Shown: piece after piece, positions 24,342-37,702 of the stretch
Numbering within the stretch: position 1 is the stretch's first letter
Layout of the letters: the number at the start of each line of letters is the position of its first letter
NCBI RefSeq assembly: GCF_036365525.1
Contig: NC_090398.1
Span: forward strand, 18,716,936 to 18,780,935
Direction of reading: 5' to 3'
Length of the DNA: 64,000 nucleotides
From: Heterodontus francisci
Taxonomy: Eukaryota
The notes under the pieces: generated by a model
Seen by the model: the letters and a program-made list of their open reading frames with translations, nothing else
Databases searched by the model: none
Told to the model about the DNA's origin: nothing
Program-made: the position numbers and the translations under genes

Positions 24342-24949
24342 GTAAGTGGGAGAGACACAGAATGAGTTTGAACGATGTAAACATCACAGAACTGACAGGA
24401 TATCAGATCTTCAAATCATAGAATGTTGCAGAAGAGAAATTGTAAACATCCTGAATCTGAAACAATATGAAGAGGTGAAGATCCATCAGTATCTGTCCAT
24501 AGGGCTGGTAACGGTTCCGGTATAACTCTTCTGTGGAATGAAATCAAAGGGTGACAGTTTCAGTGGAACTGGGAAGTGCAGAGAGCAGAGGAAACAGATG
24601 AGAGGTGGAGGAAAGGTCATCAGTTAATTGATATGGAAAATACTTCAAGGGAATTAAGGAACAGGCAGATGACAAAAATTATCTGCGGAGTTATTTAGAG
24701 GCATTTCAAGAACAAAAAAAAAATGTTAAATAAGATAAAATGTATGAACCTCAATCAGAGAATCTAACCAGAAACAAACTGTGGGGATTGAAAGCCTGAT
24801 GCTGTGTTGGGTTTATTTTCCCCTACAGATTACCGGGGTCAATTCCAACTCTGGTGGAGGCTCAATCTGGGCGGTAGAACTTGTAGTGGAGCGTCACTCC
24901 CCGAGACAGCACTTTAGGAAATTCCGAGCAAGCAGCCAGTAATGTTCTC

Positions 24950-25297
24950 CCAGTTCCCTTTAACAGAAGAGAAGTAAATGGATTTGATCACCGAGCAGAG
25001 TGTATAATGGACGGGCATCCAGTTCCCTTTAACAGAAGAGAAGTAAATGGATTTGATCACCGAGCAGAGTGTATAATGGACGGGCATCCAGTTCCCTTTA
25101 ACAGAAGAGAAGTAAATGGATTTGATCACCGAGCAGAGTGTATAATGGACGGGCATCCAGTTCCCTTTAACAGAAGAGAAGTAAATGGATTTGATCACCG
25201 AGCAGAGTGTATAATGGACGGGCATCCAGTTCCCTTTAACAGAAGAGAAGTAAATGGATTTGATCACCGAGCAGAGTGTATAATGGACGGGCATCCG
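24950..25297. repeat. 69-bp minisatellite, 5 identical copies
   Basis: Unit CAGTTCCCTTTAACAGAAGAGAAGTAAATGGATTTGATCACCGAGCAGAGTGTATAATGGACGGGCATC. Confidence 0.97.
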
Positions 25298-27129
25298 CTA
25301 CCATTTATTTATTTGATCATAACTCTTCAGAATCTGAAGATGTGCATGAATTTTTCATTGAATCTGCTCATCTATAGTGGAATGAGCCCAAAGTTCTCAA
25401 ATCCCTCTCTACAACAGTAACTCCAATAGTTCTGATCACAAGCTAGTGAATTTGTGCAGTGATTTTCCCATTGCTTCTGTTTTCCATCGATGGCGTGTTC
25501 AGAAACGACACAACTGAGCACATTTCCAGAACCTGTGTTTTTGTAAAGGACCATCACATCCCGGAGGTTTATATCCGGAAATCAAGATCATCCAGTCTGC
25601 AATGACCTGTCTCTGTGCTCTTCTTGTGGATGGTCTTTCACACAGAACAAACAGGATATTGAGCTCAATCTGTAACTCTGTAACTTTCTGTCAGTTCACC
25701 TGAATAGATTGATTTCTGATTTGTTTTGCTTAAAGAGTGAGTGCCTGGAAAATGACATATTGGCAGCTTCGTGTTTTATTTTACAATCGGCTGCAGTTTG
25801 CGGTAGAAATAATGGTTGGGCTAAATGCGCTCACTGGTATTAAATTAGACAGTAACTTCTGGCGACAGCACATGCCCAGTTCAATGCGAAGATCAAGAAG
25901 TTACTCTCAGAGATGTCCTGCTCCTGCAAAAGCTGAGCGAGAACGGTCTGTCACCAAGGTACTCCCCAGTGAAATACATTGAACTGCCTGGTGTTACCTG
26001 ATATAGACACATTAAACTCGCCAGAAAAAGTTCAGGCTTGTCCGTTCCAGTGCAGGTATTTTTCTAACAGTTTGATAAACCTTAATTACTGTCAAACAAA
26101 CTCAGCACCAAAAATGAACTTGAACAAGTGTGAAGTCTCATTCCTTCAGATTTAAGTTATTGTTGGTGATTTAAGAAAATAATAACAAAAAAGTTTTAAT
26201 ATTTTCTTTCTGTCTCTTTTCTCTCTCTTTCTGAAGCTAATCTTTCATTCCCTCTCTTTATTCCGCTATCTGTGTCTGATTTGATGCTGAATTGAATATT
26301 CCGACTGACACTTGCTGGTTCAGACTCTCCCCTGCTCATTAATGATTCTTCAATCTGATTGTTTGAGAAGATGCACACTTGCTGGTCAGATTGATACTGT
26401 TCCCAGATTCTCAATGAAGAGGGTGCTGTGCTTTTTCCAGAATTGACTGAGAAGAACTCCTATTACAGAAACCAAATGTCTATGGACAAGGCACTAAATG
26501 ACTGGCGTTCGTTGCAAAATGAGGCCCATTTTTCTTTCTCTATTTATAATCTATCTTTTTTTTTTAGCTCCTGTCATTTATTGAGCTTGAAATGTCCTGC
26601 AGTTAAATATTGGGATGCCTGAAGTCATTGTCTTCTGCTGCCAATACAAACTCTGTCTCCACGTCATTTCGTTTCTTCCCACTTTCTGTCCACTCTCTGA
26701 AACTGAACCAGTCTGTTTCCAACCTAAACCTCCTATTTGCTCACCAGCTTAGCTTTTGATCCCATATTTGCTTTATCATAAATACATCATATGTCCACCT
26801 CCATAACATTGCCGTCTCCACTCAGCTTTTGAAACCCTCATCCTTATCTTTGTTACCTTTAGACTCAATTACTTATATTATTCCCTGACCAGCCTCCCCT
26901 CCTCCAGCCCCATTAAGTTCAGCTCATTCAAAACTCCTGCTTGCTCCCTGTCCCACTCAGCTATTAGTCCTGTTCTCAAACTCCTATGTCTGTATCCTCC
27001 TCCAGCCCTATAACCTCTGTGGTGCAATTGCAAATCACAGTTTCCTCTGACTCTGGCCTTTTGTGCCTCCTGATCACGACCCCTCCACCCCCATCCCTAT
27101 CCCCCCCAGTGGTAGCTGAGGTTGGATTA

Positions 27130-28150
27130 GACTAGGTGTGATGTGGATAACAATATGAATGAAGGAGGAAGGTGGTTCTACTTTCTTGTGTTTGAGGTGG
27201 TAATTGCCTGCACTTTGTGTGATGCAATTGCTACCTGACACTTGTCAGCCGAAGCCTCGGTCATGCTCAGTTCTTTCTGCATGTGGTTGCAGATGGTTGG
27301 GCCAAGGGCGCTGCCCCATTGAACTCCAGCAGGGATGTCCTAGTGCTGAGATGAATGGCTTTGAACAAACAAAACGATCTTTATTTGTAGAAGATTAGAT
27401 TCAATCCACTGGCGAGCTTTCCCCCATTATCTCCATTGAATTCAGATATACTCGGGCTCCTTGATGTTCCAGTCAGTGGAATACTGACTTGATTTCAAGG
27501 GCAATCACTTTCACCTCATGTCTGAAATTCAGCTCTTTTGTCCTTGTTTGGACCAAGGCTGTAATAAGGTCTGCAAATGATTGGTGCTGGTTATTGTTAA
27601 ATAGGTGCTGCTTGATAACACTATTGATGACTTTGATGATGATTCAGAGTAGGCTGCTGGGACGGTACTTGGCCACCTTAGGTTTATCCTGCTCTGTGTG
27701 TACAGAGCATAACTGAGCAATTCTCCATATTGTCAGGTAGATGTCAATGTTATGGCTGTACTGAAACAACTTGGATTGAGCAAGGGCTAGTTCCAGAGCA
27801 CAAATCTTCAAAGCTACTGCCAGAATACTGTCGGGACCCCTAGCATTTGTTTTGTCCAGAAACTGGCCATTAAATTGTGCAACCTGGACTTCAATCAGTA
27901 CACTTGCTGCTCTCAGTTGTTCCTTCAAGTTGAGTTCAATATGGGGAATTATTGATTCATCAGCTTAGAAAAGGTGATGGCTGATCATCAATTGGAGATT
28001 TCCATTCCCATGTTTGGTTAATTTTTCAGCAGCTTCTGGAACAGGATGTAACAGGACTGATGAGAATTAACTGGATCCATTGGTTCTGTGATCACTTAGC
28101 TCTGTCTATCACATGCTGCTTCTGCTGCTGATGGAGGAGTCTAGGACGTT
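27130..28150 (-). mobile_element. old LINE RT fragments
   Basis: ARGPDSILAVALKICALELA...YRPSSLL in ORF 27644..27928. Confidence 0.7.
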
Positions 28151-29625
28151 GACTAATAAATATGATGTTATAATTATGATTGTCACATTCTTGCTTGACA
28201 AATATATGGTCCATTTCTCCCCATTTTGGTCTAAGTACCAGATATCAAAGAGGAGAAATTTTCGGGGTTGACTCGGCTGGGTGTTCTTTTATCACGTCCA
28301 AATCCATCACCGAGGTCACAGCCAAGTGTTCCATCTGTTTAGATTCTTCTCCATTGTAGCAGCTTGCTAAACCATTTCAGAGATAACCACATTGGTGTAG
28401 AACTGCAGTCATATAGAGATCAGACCTAAAGGATACCAGGTCTTATAACAATATTCTTTACTGATCTCAGCCTTTTATTTCTAAATATTTTTATTTGAAA
28501 TTTGAATTTGAATTCACATACCACCAAAAACTCTCTTCACTAGATTACACGTCCAGTAACATAACCAGCTCACCACCGTAATCGATGTTCTTTTACATTG
28601 AAGCCTCTTTATAAATGTAAGATTTGCTGAATAATATCCTGAGTATTCCCAGTTACTGAGGTTTCAAACTGGCAGTGACTGTAAAATAATGGGTGTCAGA
28701 TAGTTCAAATACTGAGGGAAAATTGATTGGAGTGATTGCATTTTTCATCATGATTATTATTGATCAATTTTCCTGACCGATAAATCAACAGCGGTTATTT
28801 CGATTAGTTGGAAATTTTTCAGACACTTTTCCAGCTGCTTCCCTCAGTTCAGAAATGTCCCTTCCTGGGTATTGGAATTCTGATTCACTGCTGTTTTATT
28901 TCTAAGTAAATCACAAAGTGTGACAGAAGGAAGTACATGTGAGAAGTAAATGGATCATATTGTCAATCAGTAATCTGCTGTCATGTTGGATATTGGTTAA
29001 CATCCTTCCATCTACTAAAGATGTTGGATACACATCAAACAATCCATTTAGGTGGGATGTCTGCTCTTCGTGCACCTTTGCTGATGGCTGTGAAGGCCAA
29101 TCCTTGAGATACAAGTTCTGCCACAAGTGTTGGATACTGAAGGACAGATAAAATGAATCACATTAAAATTACTCCAATTTGTTTGTGATTCCTCCCTCTC
29201 CTAGAACGACATATCTGATTTCTATCTGTCTTCCACCTTATCACACACATTCCCTTGTGTACTTTCCTCATCTGCCCCATCCTTTTGCTGTCTCTGTACA
29301 TACTTAAAACCTGTTTCTTCTGTACGTTTCTAGTTCCAACGAAAAGTCACTGAACCGAAAACATTAGCTTCCTTTCTCTCTCAACAATGCTGATGACCTA
29401 TTTCCAACATTGTCTGTTTTTACCGATGATCTCTATTTTAGTTTCATCTGATTGAATTATTGTTAATGACTAAATCAAGATGTTTACAGAATGTTCAGAC
29501 CATGTTCAAAATAAATCAATACATGGCCCAGTGATTGTTTTACTGTCACTGAGCAGATCCTTTACTTATTCCCCGTGTTTATCTTTCACTCCACTCCTCA
29601 ATCTATGCATTAATATTCCTTACAG

Positions 29626-29797
29626 AAAGTCACTGTGCTCGTGGAGAAGGGAAACAGGGAGGACAGTTCCAAACTTCTCCTCAATCTGGTGATGGAGAAA
29701 GGCTCTCTGGCACGAAGGGTGATGTGGGAAGCCTTTGTGAAAATGCGTCACGGGTTACCAAAGTTGGAGAAAATACTGAAAGAAATACAGGAACTCG
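29626..29797 (+). CDS. NLR exon 3, second half of CARD-like domain (KVTVLVEKGNREDSSKLLLNLVMEKGSLARRVMWEAF...QELG)
   Basis: ttccttacag acceptor, phase 0 in and phase 1 out. Confidence 0.88.
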
Positions 29798-29902
29798 GTA
29801 CGGTAAAATCACACACTGAATTCAACTTCAGATTCAAACACTGCAGAATTTACTATAATATTACACAAATCTGATTTCATGAAATGTAATTAATTTAAAC
29901 AG

Positions 29903-29968
29903 GTTCTGAGCCATTTGATTACATGATTATCACTCGAGCTTTATCTGATGTACCCAAGCACCTGAAAG
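29903..29968 (+). CDS. NLR exon 4 linker (GSEPFDYMIITRALSDVPKHLK)
   Basis: AG and GTAAGT boundaries; phase 1-1, 66 nt. Confidence 0.8.
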
Positions 29969-29999
29969 GTAAGTGAAGAAATGGCAATTTCAAACAACT

Positions 30000-30660
30000 G
30001 AATTTACACAACATCTTTAATGTAGTAAAATATTTCAAAGCGCTTTGCAGGAGCATTCTCAAACAAATGTGACATGGTGGCACAGAAAGAGCTATTGGGG
30101 CAGATGATCAACAGCTCGGTAAAAAAGTAGGTTTTTAGGACTATCTGAAAGGAGGAAAGAGGGTCGAGAGGCAAAGGGAGGGAATTTCAGAACTTAAGGA
30201 TGAGGCAGCTGAAGCATGGCCAATAATGGAGGAGCAATTAAAATTGGGGATGAAGAGGCCATAACTAGAAGAGCACAGATATTACAGATGGTGTGGAGCT
30301 GGAGGGGTTTGTAGAGATTGGGAGGGGAGAGGCTCTGGAGGGACTTGGAAACAAGTATGAGAATTTTAAAATTGAGGAGTTGCTCAACTGAGCGCCAATG
30401 TAGATCAGCGAGCAGGGTTGTGATAGGTGAATGGAGTTGGTTTGTGTTCGGACGCCATAAACATAGTTTTGGATGACCTTAACTTTAGGGAGGGTGGAAG
30501 ATGGGAGAACGGACAGGAGAGCTTTCAACTAGTCAAATCTAAGGGCAGAAAAAGTATGGATGAGGGTTTCAGCAGTAGATAAGCTCTGGCAGGTGCAGAG
30601 TTTGGCAATGTTATGGAGTTAGAAGTGGTGTTTATGATGAAGTGGATGTGTAGTCGTAAG
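30000..30660 (-). mobile_element. L2-like LINE 3' fragment
   Basis: LPKVKVIQNY..VRT.. resembles the L2 RT C-terminal LQLIQN motif. Confidence 0.7.
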
Positions 30661-30924
30661 CTCAACTCTGTTATAACACTTTGGAGAATCAGAAATACTG
30701 GAATCTAACTGTTTGTTTAGAAGCTGTCGGAATCTGGAAATCAGAAGCTCAAAGGCTGGGGAAATAGGTTTGGGTGTCATTTGGATTTGTCCTGCGTTCT
30801 TAACTATTCAGCAGAGGTTCAATTATAATTTACAGGACTTACAAAATACCCTGTAGGTATGTGGACATTGAACTATTTCCCTTAATCGAGATGTTCTTCA
30901 TTAGATCTTGCAAAACCATATACT

Positions 30925-32158
30925 CACGTGGCAGGATCCTGATACACTGTGAAACCCCATACACACCTGGCAGGATCCTGATACACTGTGAAACGCTATA
31001 CAAAGCTGGCAGGATCCTGATACACTGTGAAACCCATACACACCTGTCAGGATCCTGATACACTGTGAAACCCCATACACACCTGGCAGGATCCTGATAC
31101 ACTGTGAAACCCCACACACACCTGGCAGGATCCTGATACACTGTGAAACCCATACACACCTGTCAGGATCCTGATACACTGTGAAACCCATACACACCTG
31201 GCAGGATCCTGATACACTGTGAAACCCATACACACCTGTCAGGATCCTGATACACTGTCAAACCCCATACACACCTGGCAGGATCCTGATACACTGTGAA
31301 ACCCATACACACCTGGCAGGATCCTGATACACTGTGAAACCCCATACACACCTGGCAGGATCCTGATACACTGTGAAACCCCATACACACCTGGCAGGAT
31401 CCTGATACACTGTGAAAACCCATATACACCTGGCAGGATCCTGATAGACTGTGAAACCCCATACACACCTGGCAGGATCCTGATACACTGTGAAACCCCA
31501 TACACACCTTGCAGGATCCTGATACACTGTGAAACCCCATACACACCAGGCAGGATCCTGATACACTGTGAAACCCCATACACACCTGGCAGGATCCTGA
31601 TACACTGTGAAACCCCATACACACCTGGCAGGATCCTGATACACTGTGAAACTCCATACACACCTGGCAGGATCCTGATGCACTGTGAAACCCCATACAC
31701 ACCTGGCAGGATCCTGATACACTGTGAAACCCCATAGACCCCTGGCAGGATCCTGATACACTGTGAAACCCCATACACACCTGGCAGGATCCTGATAGAC
31801 TGTGAAACCCCATACACACCTGGCAGGATCCTGCTACACGGTGAAACCACATACACACCTGACAGGATCCTGATACACTGTGAAACCCCATACACACCTG
31901 ACAGGATCCTGATACACTCTGAAACCCCATACACACCTGGCAGGATCCCGATACACTGTGAAACCCCATACACACCTGGCAGGATCCTGATAGACTGTGA
32001 AACCCCATACACACCTGGCAGGATCCTGATACACTGTGAAACCCCATACACACCTGGCAGGATCCTGATACACTGTGAAACCCCATACACACCTGGCAGG
32101 ATCCTGATACACTGTGAAACCCCATACACACCTGGCAGGATCCTGATACACTATGAAA
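30925..32158. repeat. 39-bp minisatellite, ~31 copies, intronic
   Basis: Unit GAAACCCCATACACACCTGGCAGGATCCTGATACACTGT, with some 38-bp variants at the 5' end. Confidence 0.97.
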
Positions 32159-32577
32159 TCCAATGGAAATATGGTAGTATATTCAATTACTTTTGCTAGA
32201 ATTCTCCTATGTGATGCAAATGCACTTGGGGCTCACAAGTAAAGAGCATTTTCTTGAGGCAGATATCAACATAACCTATAGGGAACGAGCTGCAGAAATG
32301 TGAAACTTTAAAATGTTATCATTTCACAGAGCAGCAGAAGGCATCAGGAAGTATATGATCTGATCTGAGATTTACAGATGTCCACACAATAGAACATTAA
32401 TCCATCAAGAAATATGAGAAAAAGGCAAAGTCCAGGATGATGAGAAAGATATTGACTGCTTTCCCAATTATAGGGCAAGAGAAAACCTTATTCCACGCAA
32501 AGAAGTACCCTTTTAATTCAGGACTCTTTTTAGACCCAATGTAATGACTAACAAAGGCATATTTCTAATTTTCAATA

Positions 32578-32842
32578 ATAAAAACAAGAAATGCTGGAAC
32601 CACTCAGCAGGTCTGGCAGCATCTCTGGAAAGAGAAGCAGAGTTAACGTTTGATACTATCTTTAATGTTTGTTGCTAGATATGTTCAAAATTTATTCCAT
32701 TTTGCACAGTTTCGAAGAAGGGTCACTGACCCGAAACGTTAACTCTGCTTCTCTTTCCACAGATGCTGCCAGACCTGCTGAGTGGTTCCAGCATTTCTTG
32801 TTTTTATTTCAGATTTCCAGCATCCGCGGTATTTTGCTTTTA
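32578..32842. mobile_element. inverted pair of Penelope family A terminal repeats
   Basis: 32578-32651 is the near-perfect reverse complement of ~32733-32806. Confidence 0.85.
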
Positions 32843-33875
32843 TCTTTTTTAATTTTCAAACCTGCAATATGGGAAACTAAGACCAAAATGAAACAACAGA
32901 GTATAACTATTGGTAAAACAACTGAAATGAACTGCAAATATTTTCTGCTTTAACATTAAAGTGAAGAGGGTTGGAGTTCAAATGCTATTTCGAATCGGTG
33001 ATATGATGGGCTGTTATTAAAACATATTCAATGAATGTCTGTGTAAAACTGCTGAAAAACTTCACAATTTCTGAAACACAATACAAAAATGATTAGGGAC
33101 AGGAAAAGTTCATTCAGCACAAAAAGCCTGTCCCTGTCAGAGATGAATCCCTGTGTTCTTCCACTCAGTGCATCCACAGAAAAACGTTCCACTGTTACTT
33201 AGGTTCTGATGAAAGGTCATTGGACCAAAACTGACAAGTGCCGTCAGACCTGCTGTGTTTCTCCAGCATTTTCTGGTTTTATTTCTATTGTCATTAACCA
33301 CTTACACTGCCCCTTTCGTGTCTTTCCCCAGTATACCTGCTCTACTATCCATTGGGTATAAAATTACCTTGATGTCCATTCTGATTCAAACTTTCATTTT
33401 TCACCTATTAATTATTTTGGGAATTGTGAGCTTGTTTCCTTCTCTAATGTAATGAATTCAATTAAAACATTTCAATACTCAAGTCTCTTGCCCAAACAAA
33501 ATGTGTCAAATGTTCCCACCCTTATCTGATCAAGTTTTCATGAATTGAATCATTTTTGGAATTCCCTATGTATCTTTGTACTGGCAGTAACCTTTACCTG
33601 TTATCAGATGTCTATTGAGGAGCAGGTAATACACCAGATAAACTATACGAGCCCTGAAACAGGAGCAATTTCACAATGCACAGTCTGTCCCTCTGTTAAT
33701 GCACACAAAACCCAGATAATGTGAGGTATCCAGAACTGAGTTTTAAATTCACCGATAGTGAAGCTGTGAATTAAATCTTGTAATGCTTCACAGAATAGTG
33801 AAATGATATCCAGAAGTTGTTTTTATATCAATACAACTAACATTGAAAACCACTTTCTGTCTGTTCTAATTGAAG

Positions 33876-35594
33876 ATGTTCAACAGAAACACAAGGAAAC
33901 ACTCCGGGTACAAACTGAAACACTGAGAGTGAACACTATCCTAATAAAGGAGAAGGTTAAGATTTTCCAGCTGGTTGATCGATACGCTGAGCTAACGGTC
34001 ATTTCTGCTGTTCAAGATCGGACACTTGTAGAACATGAACTGCTGGCAAGAGGCCGAGACCATGAAGAGTGGAGAGAGAAACATCTCCGGAAAGAACTGG
34101 AAAAAATCCGAACTGATCAATTGTTCCAGAGCAGTTTTTCCCTGAGAAAATCCAAATCTGGGAGTTCAGCAGCAGTGAGTGGAGTCCCGGGGATTGGAAA
34201 AACAACAATGGTATAAAAGATTGTCCATCACTGGGCCACTGGGAAAATATACCCAAACAAAAAATTTGTTTTCAGTTTTAAATTCCGAGAGTTGAACACT
34301 ATCAACTGCAAAATAAACCTGTGGAACATAATATTGCTTTTCTATCCATACATGCAGAATATTTTGGAAGAGCTCTGCAACAGCCCAGATGGATTGCTGT
34401 TTATATTTGATGGTTTGGATGAATTCAAGGACACGATCGATTTTGGTGACAATCGGAGAAATACAGAACCTCAGTACATGTGCACAGATCCCGAATGCTG
34501 GTGTGAAGTGTCTGACATTGTGTACAGTTTAATACAACACAAGCTGCTCCCAGGATGTTCAGTGTTAGTGACCAGCCGTCCCACTGCATTACATTTATTG
34601 GGAAAGACTGAGATCAGTGTCTGGGCTGAAATCCTGGGATTTGTTGGTGATGAACGGAAGGAATATTTCAACAAGTTTTTTGAAGATCAGACGGTGGCAG
34701 CAGCTGTTTTCAAACACGTGGAGGAGAACGAGATCCTGTACACCATGTGTTACAACCCTTCCTACTGCTGGATCCTCTGTCTGTCACTGGGTCCCTTCTT
34801 TACACAAAGAGACAGGAAACAGCAGCAAGTTCCCAAGACCATCACCCAGCTATATTCCTACTATATTTACAACATTCTGAAAAACCATAGCCGAGAGATT
34901 GAAAACCCCCGTGATGTGTTACTGAAGATCGGTGAGATGGCCTTCACAGGAGTCTCCGAGAAGAAGATTGTGTTTAGAGATGGAGATTTGATCGAGTACA
35001 ATCTGCAACCTTCCCAGTTCCTGTCTGGATTCCTGATGGAACTTTTGGAGAGAGATGATTCTGTCCAGAGTGTGGTTTACACATTCCCACACCTCACTAT
35101 CCAAGAGTTTGTTGCCGCACTCACACAATTCCTGACTCCAGATCCCAGGGACATCCGGCATCTCCTCAGTGATGCTCACAGTGAGGAAGATGGGAGATTT
35201 GAGATATTTCTGCGTTTTGTTGCTGGTCTCTCCTCCCCACAGGCAACACGACCCCTGGAGGAGTTTCTGGGTCGATTTCCTCATCAAACTACTTGCCGAG
35301 TGATTGACTGGGTGAAGGAGAGATTGGAAAGAGTGCAACAGGTAAAAGGAATCTCCTGAATACATTGCATTACCTGTTTGAGTCTCAGAGTACAATCCTG
35401 GCTCGCACTACAGTGGGATCTGTGGAAACACTTACATTTAGTGGATTGCGGCTGATGCTGATTGACTGTGCAGTCCTGTCTCAGACCATTGGACTCTGTG
35501 AAACATTGAAAGAACTCGATCTGGAGAATTGCTACATTCAGATTGAAGGACTCCAGTGTCTGGGACCCGTACTGCATAAATGCCAGGAGTTGAG
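33876..35594 (+). CDS. NLR NACHT exon (disrupted)
   Basis: Walker A GVPGIGKTT, Walker B LLFIFDGLDE, SVLVTSRP, CYNPSYCWI, FPHLTIQEF, FLRFVAGL and HYLFESQ; TAA at 34214; frameshift at ~35320. Confidence 0.95.
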
Positions 35595-36874
35595 GTAACA
35601 GTTTATTTTTCTCTAACTGTTGGGTGAATTGTGGAGCAGTCATGGATTGTGTTGTTGCTCCATAATGAAGGGGAATGAACAGTTCAGTTAAATCGGAGAG
35701 TAGTAAATTCAATACAAATATGACAATTAATAAGAGGATCAGTCAGTAATTCCCTAAGAATTGGAGTATGTAAAATGGATCCTTGTGAACAAGTAGGGAT
35801 GTTACAGTCTTTATCGGTTAATACAGGTCAGTGAGAGTCTGATCATTTAATTAACTGTTTTTCATATTGACTAAGATATGCCCATTGAAGAAGTTGCTCC
35901 TTACTGTTATTACCACATAGACTGAAATAACTGCAGCAGTCCATGTGTCCAAGCATCCCACTCTCTTCACCAGGTGTAGGAATCATAGAATAGTTACAGC
36001 ACAGAAGGAGGTCATTTGGCACTTTGCCTCTGTGCGGGCTCTCTGCAAGAGCAACTCAGTTACTTTCACTCCCCCTCCCTTTCCATATAGCCCTGCATTT
36101 AGTTTTTCTCTACAGATAATTGTTCAATTCCCTTTTGAAAACCGGAGTTAGTGAACCCAGGAATTTCCCATAACCTCCCCCGTGTGTGTGAGAGGCCCCA
36201 TGTGGGGAGGGATCTTCCAAAAATGCCACAAAAACTGTCAGACTGGTTACACCAGAAATAAATGCAGCACTAGTTCAATGGGGAATAAAGTGAGACTCCC
36301 CTCCCCTGTACTTTAGAGTACAGAAACATTTAAAACTTGCAACAGAGAGAATAAACTCTTCCTGCTACAAAAAATCCTGGAAGATGTATTTTACAGCAGC
36401 AGCTAGCACCGTTTCTACATGTAACTCATTCCGCAATATTATACAGATTATTATGATGCTCAGAATATATACTGCAGGAAGTCACCCCTAATTTAATTGG
36501 GTAAAAATTGCTCCATTCCCATAATATCCGGGAAAGGACCTGCAGATATAAGACATTTTTCCCTCAACATGACCAGGCTGTCACTGAGCTCCAGGAAGGT
36601 AATTCTGCTCAGGGAATGAAACCAGACTGAGTGACATTTAAATGCTTCACATAGACAGTACTTAATTTAATAAATACATTTAATAAGTACATTACTGACA
36701 GTTCCTGAATATATGGGGAGTCAGACAAAGTGAGATTCATTGCCAGTGTCAGGAAAATCAGGCGATTAATTTTCCTGAGGTTTTTCTGTGTTTTTTTTCT
36801 GTATCCAACAGAGAAACGTTGTCTCAGATTCAGGATTTGATTCAGTTTGTGTCTCATTCTTTGTTTGTCTTTAG

Positions 36875-36961
36875 ACTGGGGATCAATAAACTGGGAGATT
36901 CAGGAGTGAAACTATTGTCTGCAGCTCTGAGGAACCCGGACTGCAAAATCCAGGAACTGGG
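36875..36961 (+). CDS. NLR LRR exon (87 nt)
   Basis: [28 protein letters not shown]; AG/GT boundaries, phase 2. Confidence 0.92.
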
Positions 36962-37174
36962 GTAGGAACCAGACTGTGTGAGATTGTGTTTATAATACTT
37001 GGATGGCTGACTCTGCACAATATTAATGAACACCATGTTATTAGTATCTGTAATATTTTCATTAATAAACACTGAATATTATTTTATTAATAATTTTAAT
37101 AATAAACTCCAGATATTTATGCTAAAAAAATCTCTCACTCTGTTTCCCTTTTTATTTCTCTCTCTGATCGGCAG

Positions 37175-37345
37175 TCTGAATGAAAACGGTCTCACAGACT
37201 CTTCTGCCGAGGATCTAACCTCCACTTTCTGTACAAACCGGTCACTGACGGTTCTGGACCTGGGTAATAATAAATTGGGAGATTCAGGAATAAAACTACT
37301 GTCTGTCACTTTGAGGAAGCCGGACTGTGGAATAGAGGAATTGAT
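37175..37345 (+). CDS. NLR LRR exon (171 nt)
   Basis: LNENGLTDSSAEDL...LDLGNNKLGDSGIKLL; AG/GT boundaries. Confidence 0.92.
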
Positions 37346-37531
37346 GTAAGTACCAGACTATGTGAGACTGTGCTTAGAATAACTGAATATCTGAAACTAC
37401 CCAATGATTAATGGTATCAGTAATATTAACAAACACTGTACATTGTTATTAGTTTCAGTAAGAGTGTCATTAACAAACATTGGGATTCATCATGATTCAT
37501 CGTATCCCTGTCTCTTTCCCTCTGAACCCAG

Positions 37532-37702
37532 GCTGACTAATGTCGGTCTCACATATTCTTGCATTGGGGATCTTGCCTCTGCTCTCAGTACAAACCGGTC
37601 ACTGAAGTTCCTGAACCTGGGTTACAATAAACTGGGAGATTCTGGAGTGAAACTATTATCTGCAGCTCTGAGGAACCTGGCCTGTGAAATACAGAAGCTG
37701 TG
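37532..37702 (+). CDS. NLR LRR exon (171 nt)
   Basis: [24 protein letters not shown]...; AG/GT boundaries. Confidence 0.92.

Noticed and set aside
24950-25297. CRISPR-like array (also the 39-, 40- and 58-bp arrays)
   Set aside because: Head-to-tail units with no unique spacers, no cas genes, and a eukaryotic context.
25760-26530. MITE-like block ending GCAAAATGAGGCCC
   Set aside because: A matching left inverted repeat could not be identified convincingly.
30925-32158. RAG recombination signal array (CACAGTG heptamer in each unit)
   Set aside because: No ACAAAAACC-like nonamer at 12- or 23-bp spacing.
30839-32163. Long ORFs (322, 296 and 167 aa) as protein-coding genes
   Set aside because: They are translations of a 39-bp minisatellite inside an NLR intron.
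33999-35712. Minus-strand ORFs overlapping the NACHT exon
   Set aside because: Antisense shadows with no recognisable motifs.
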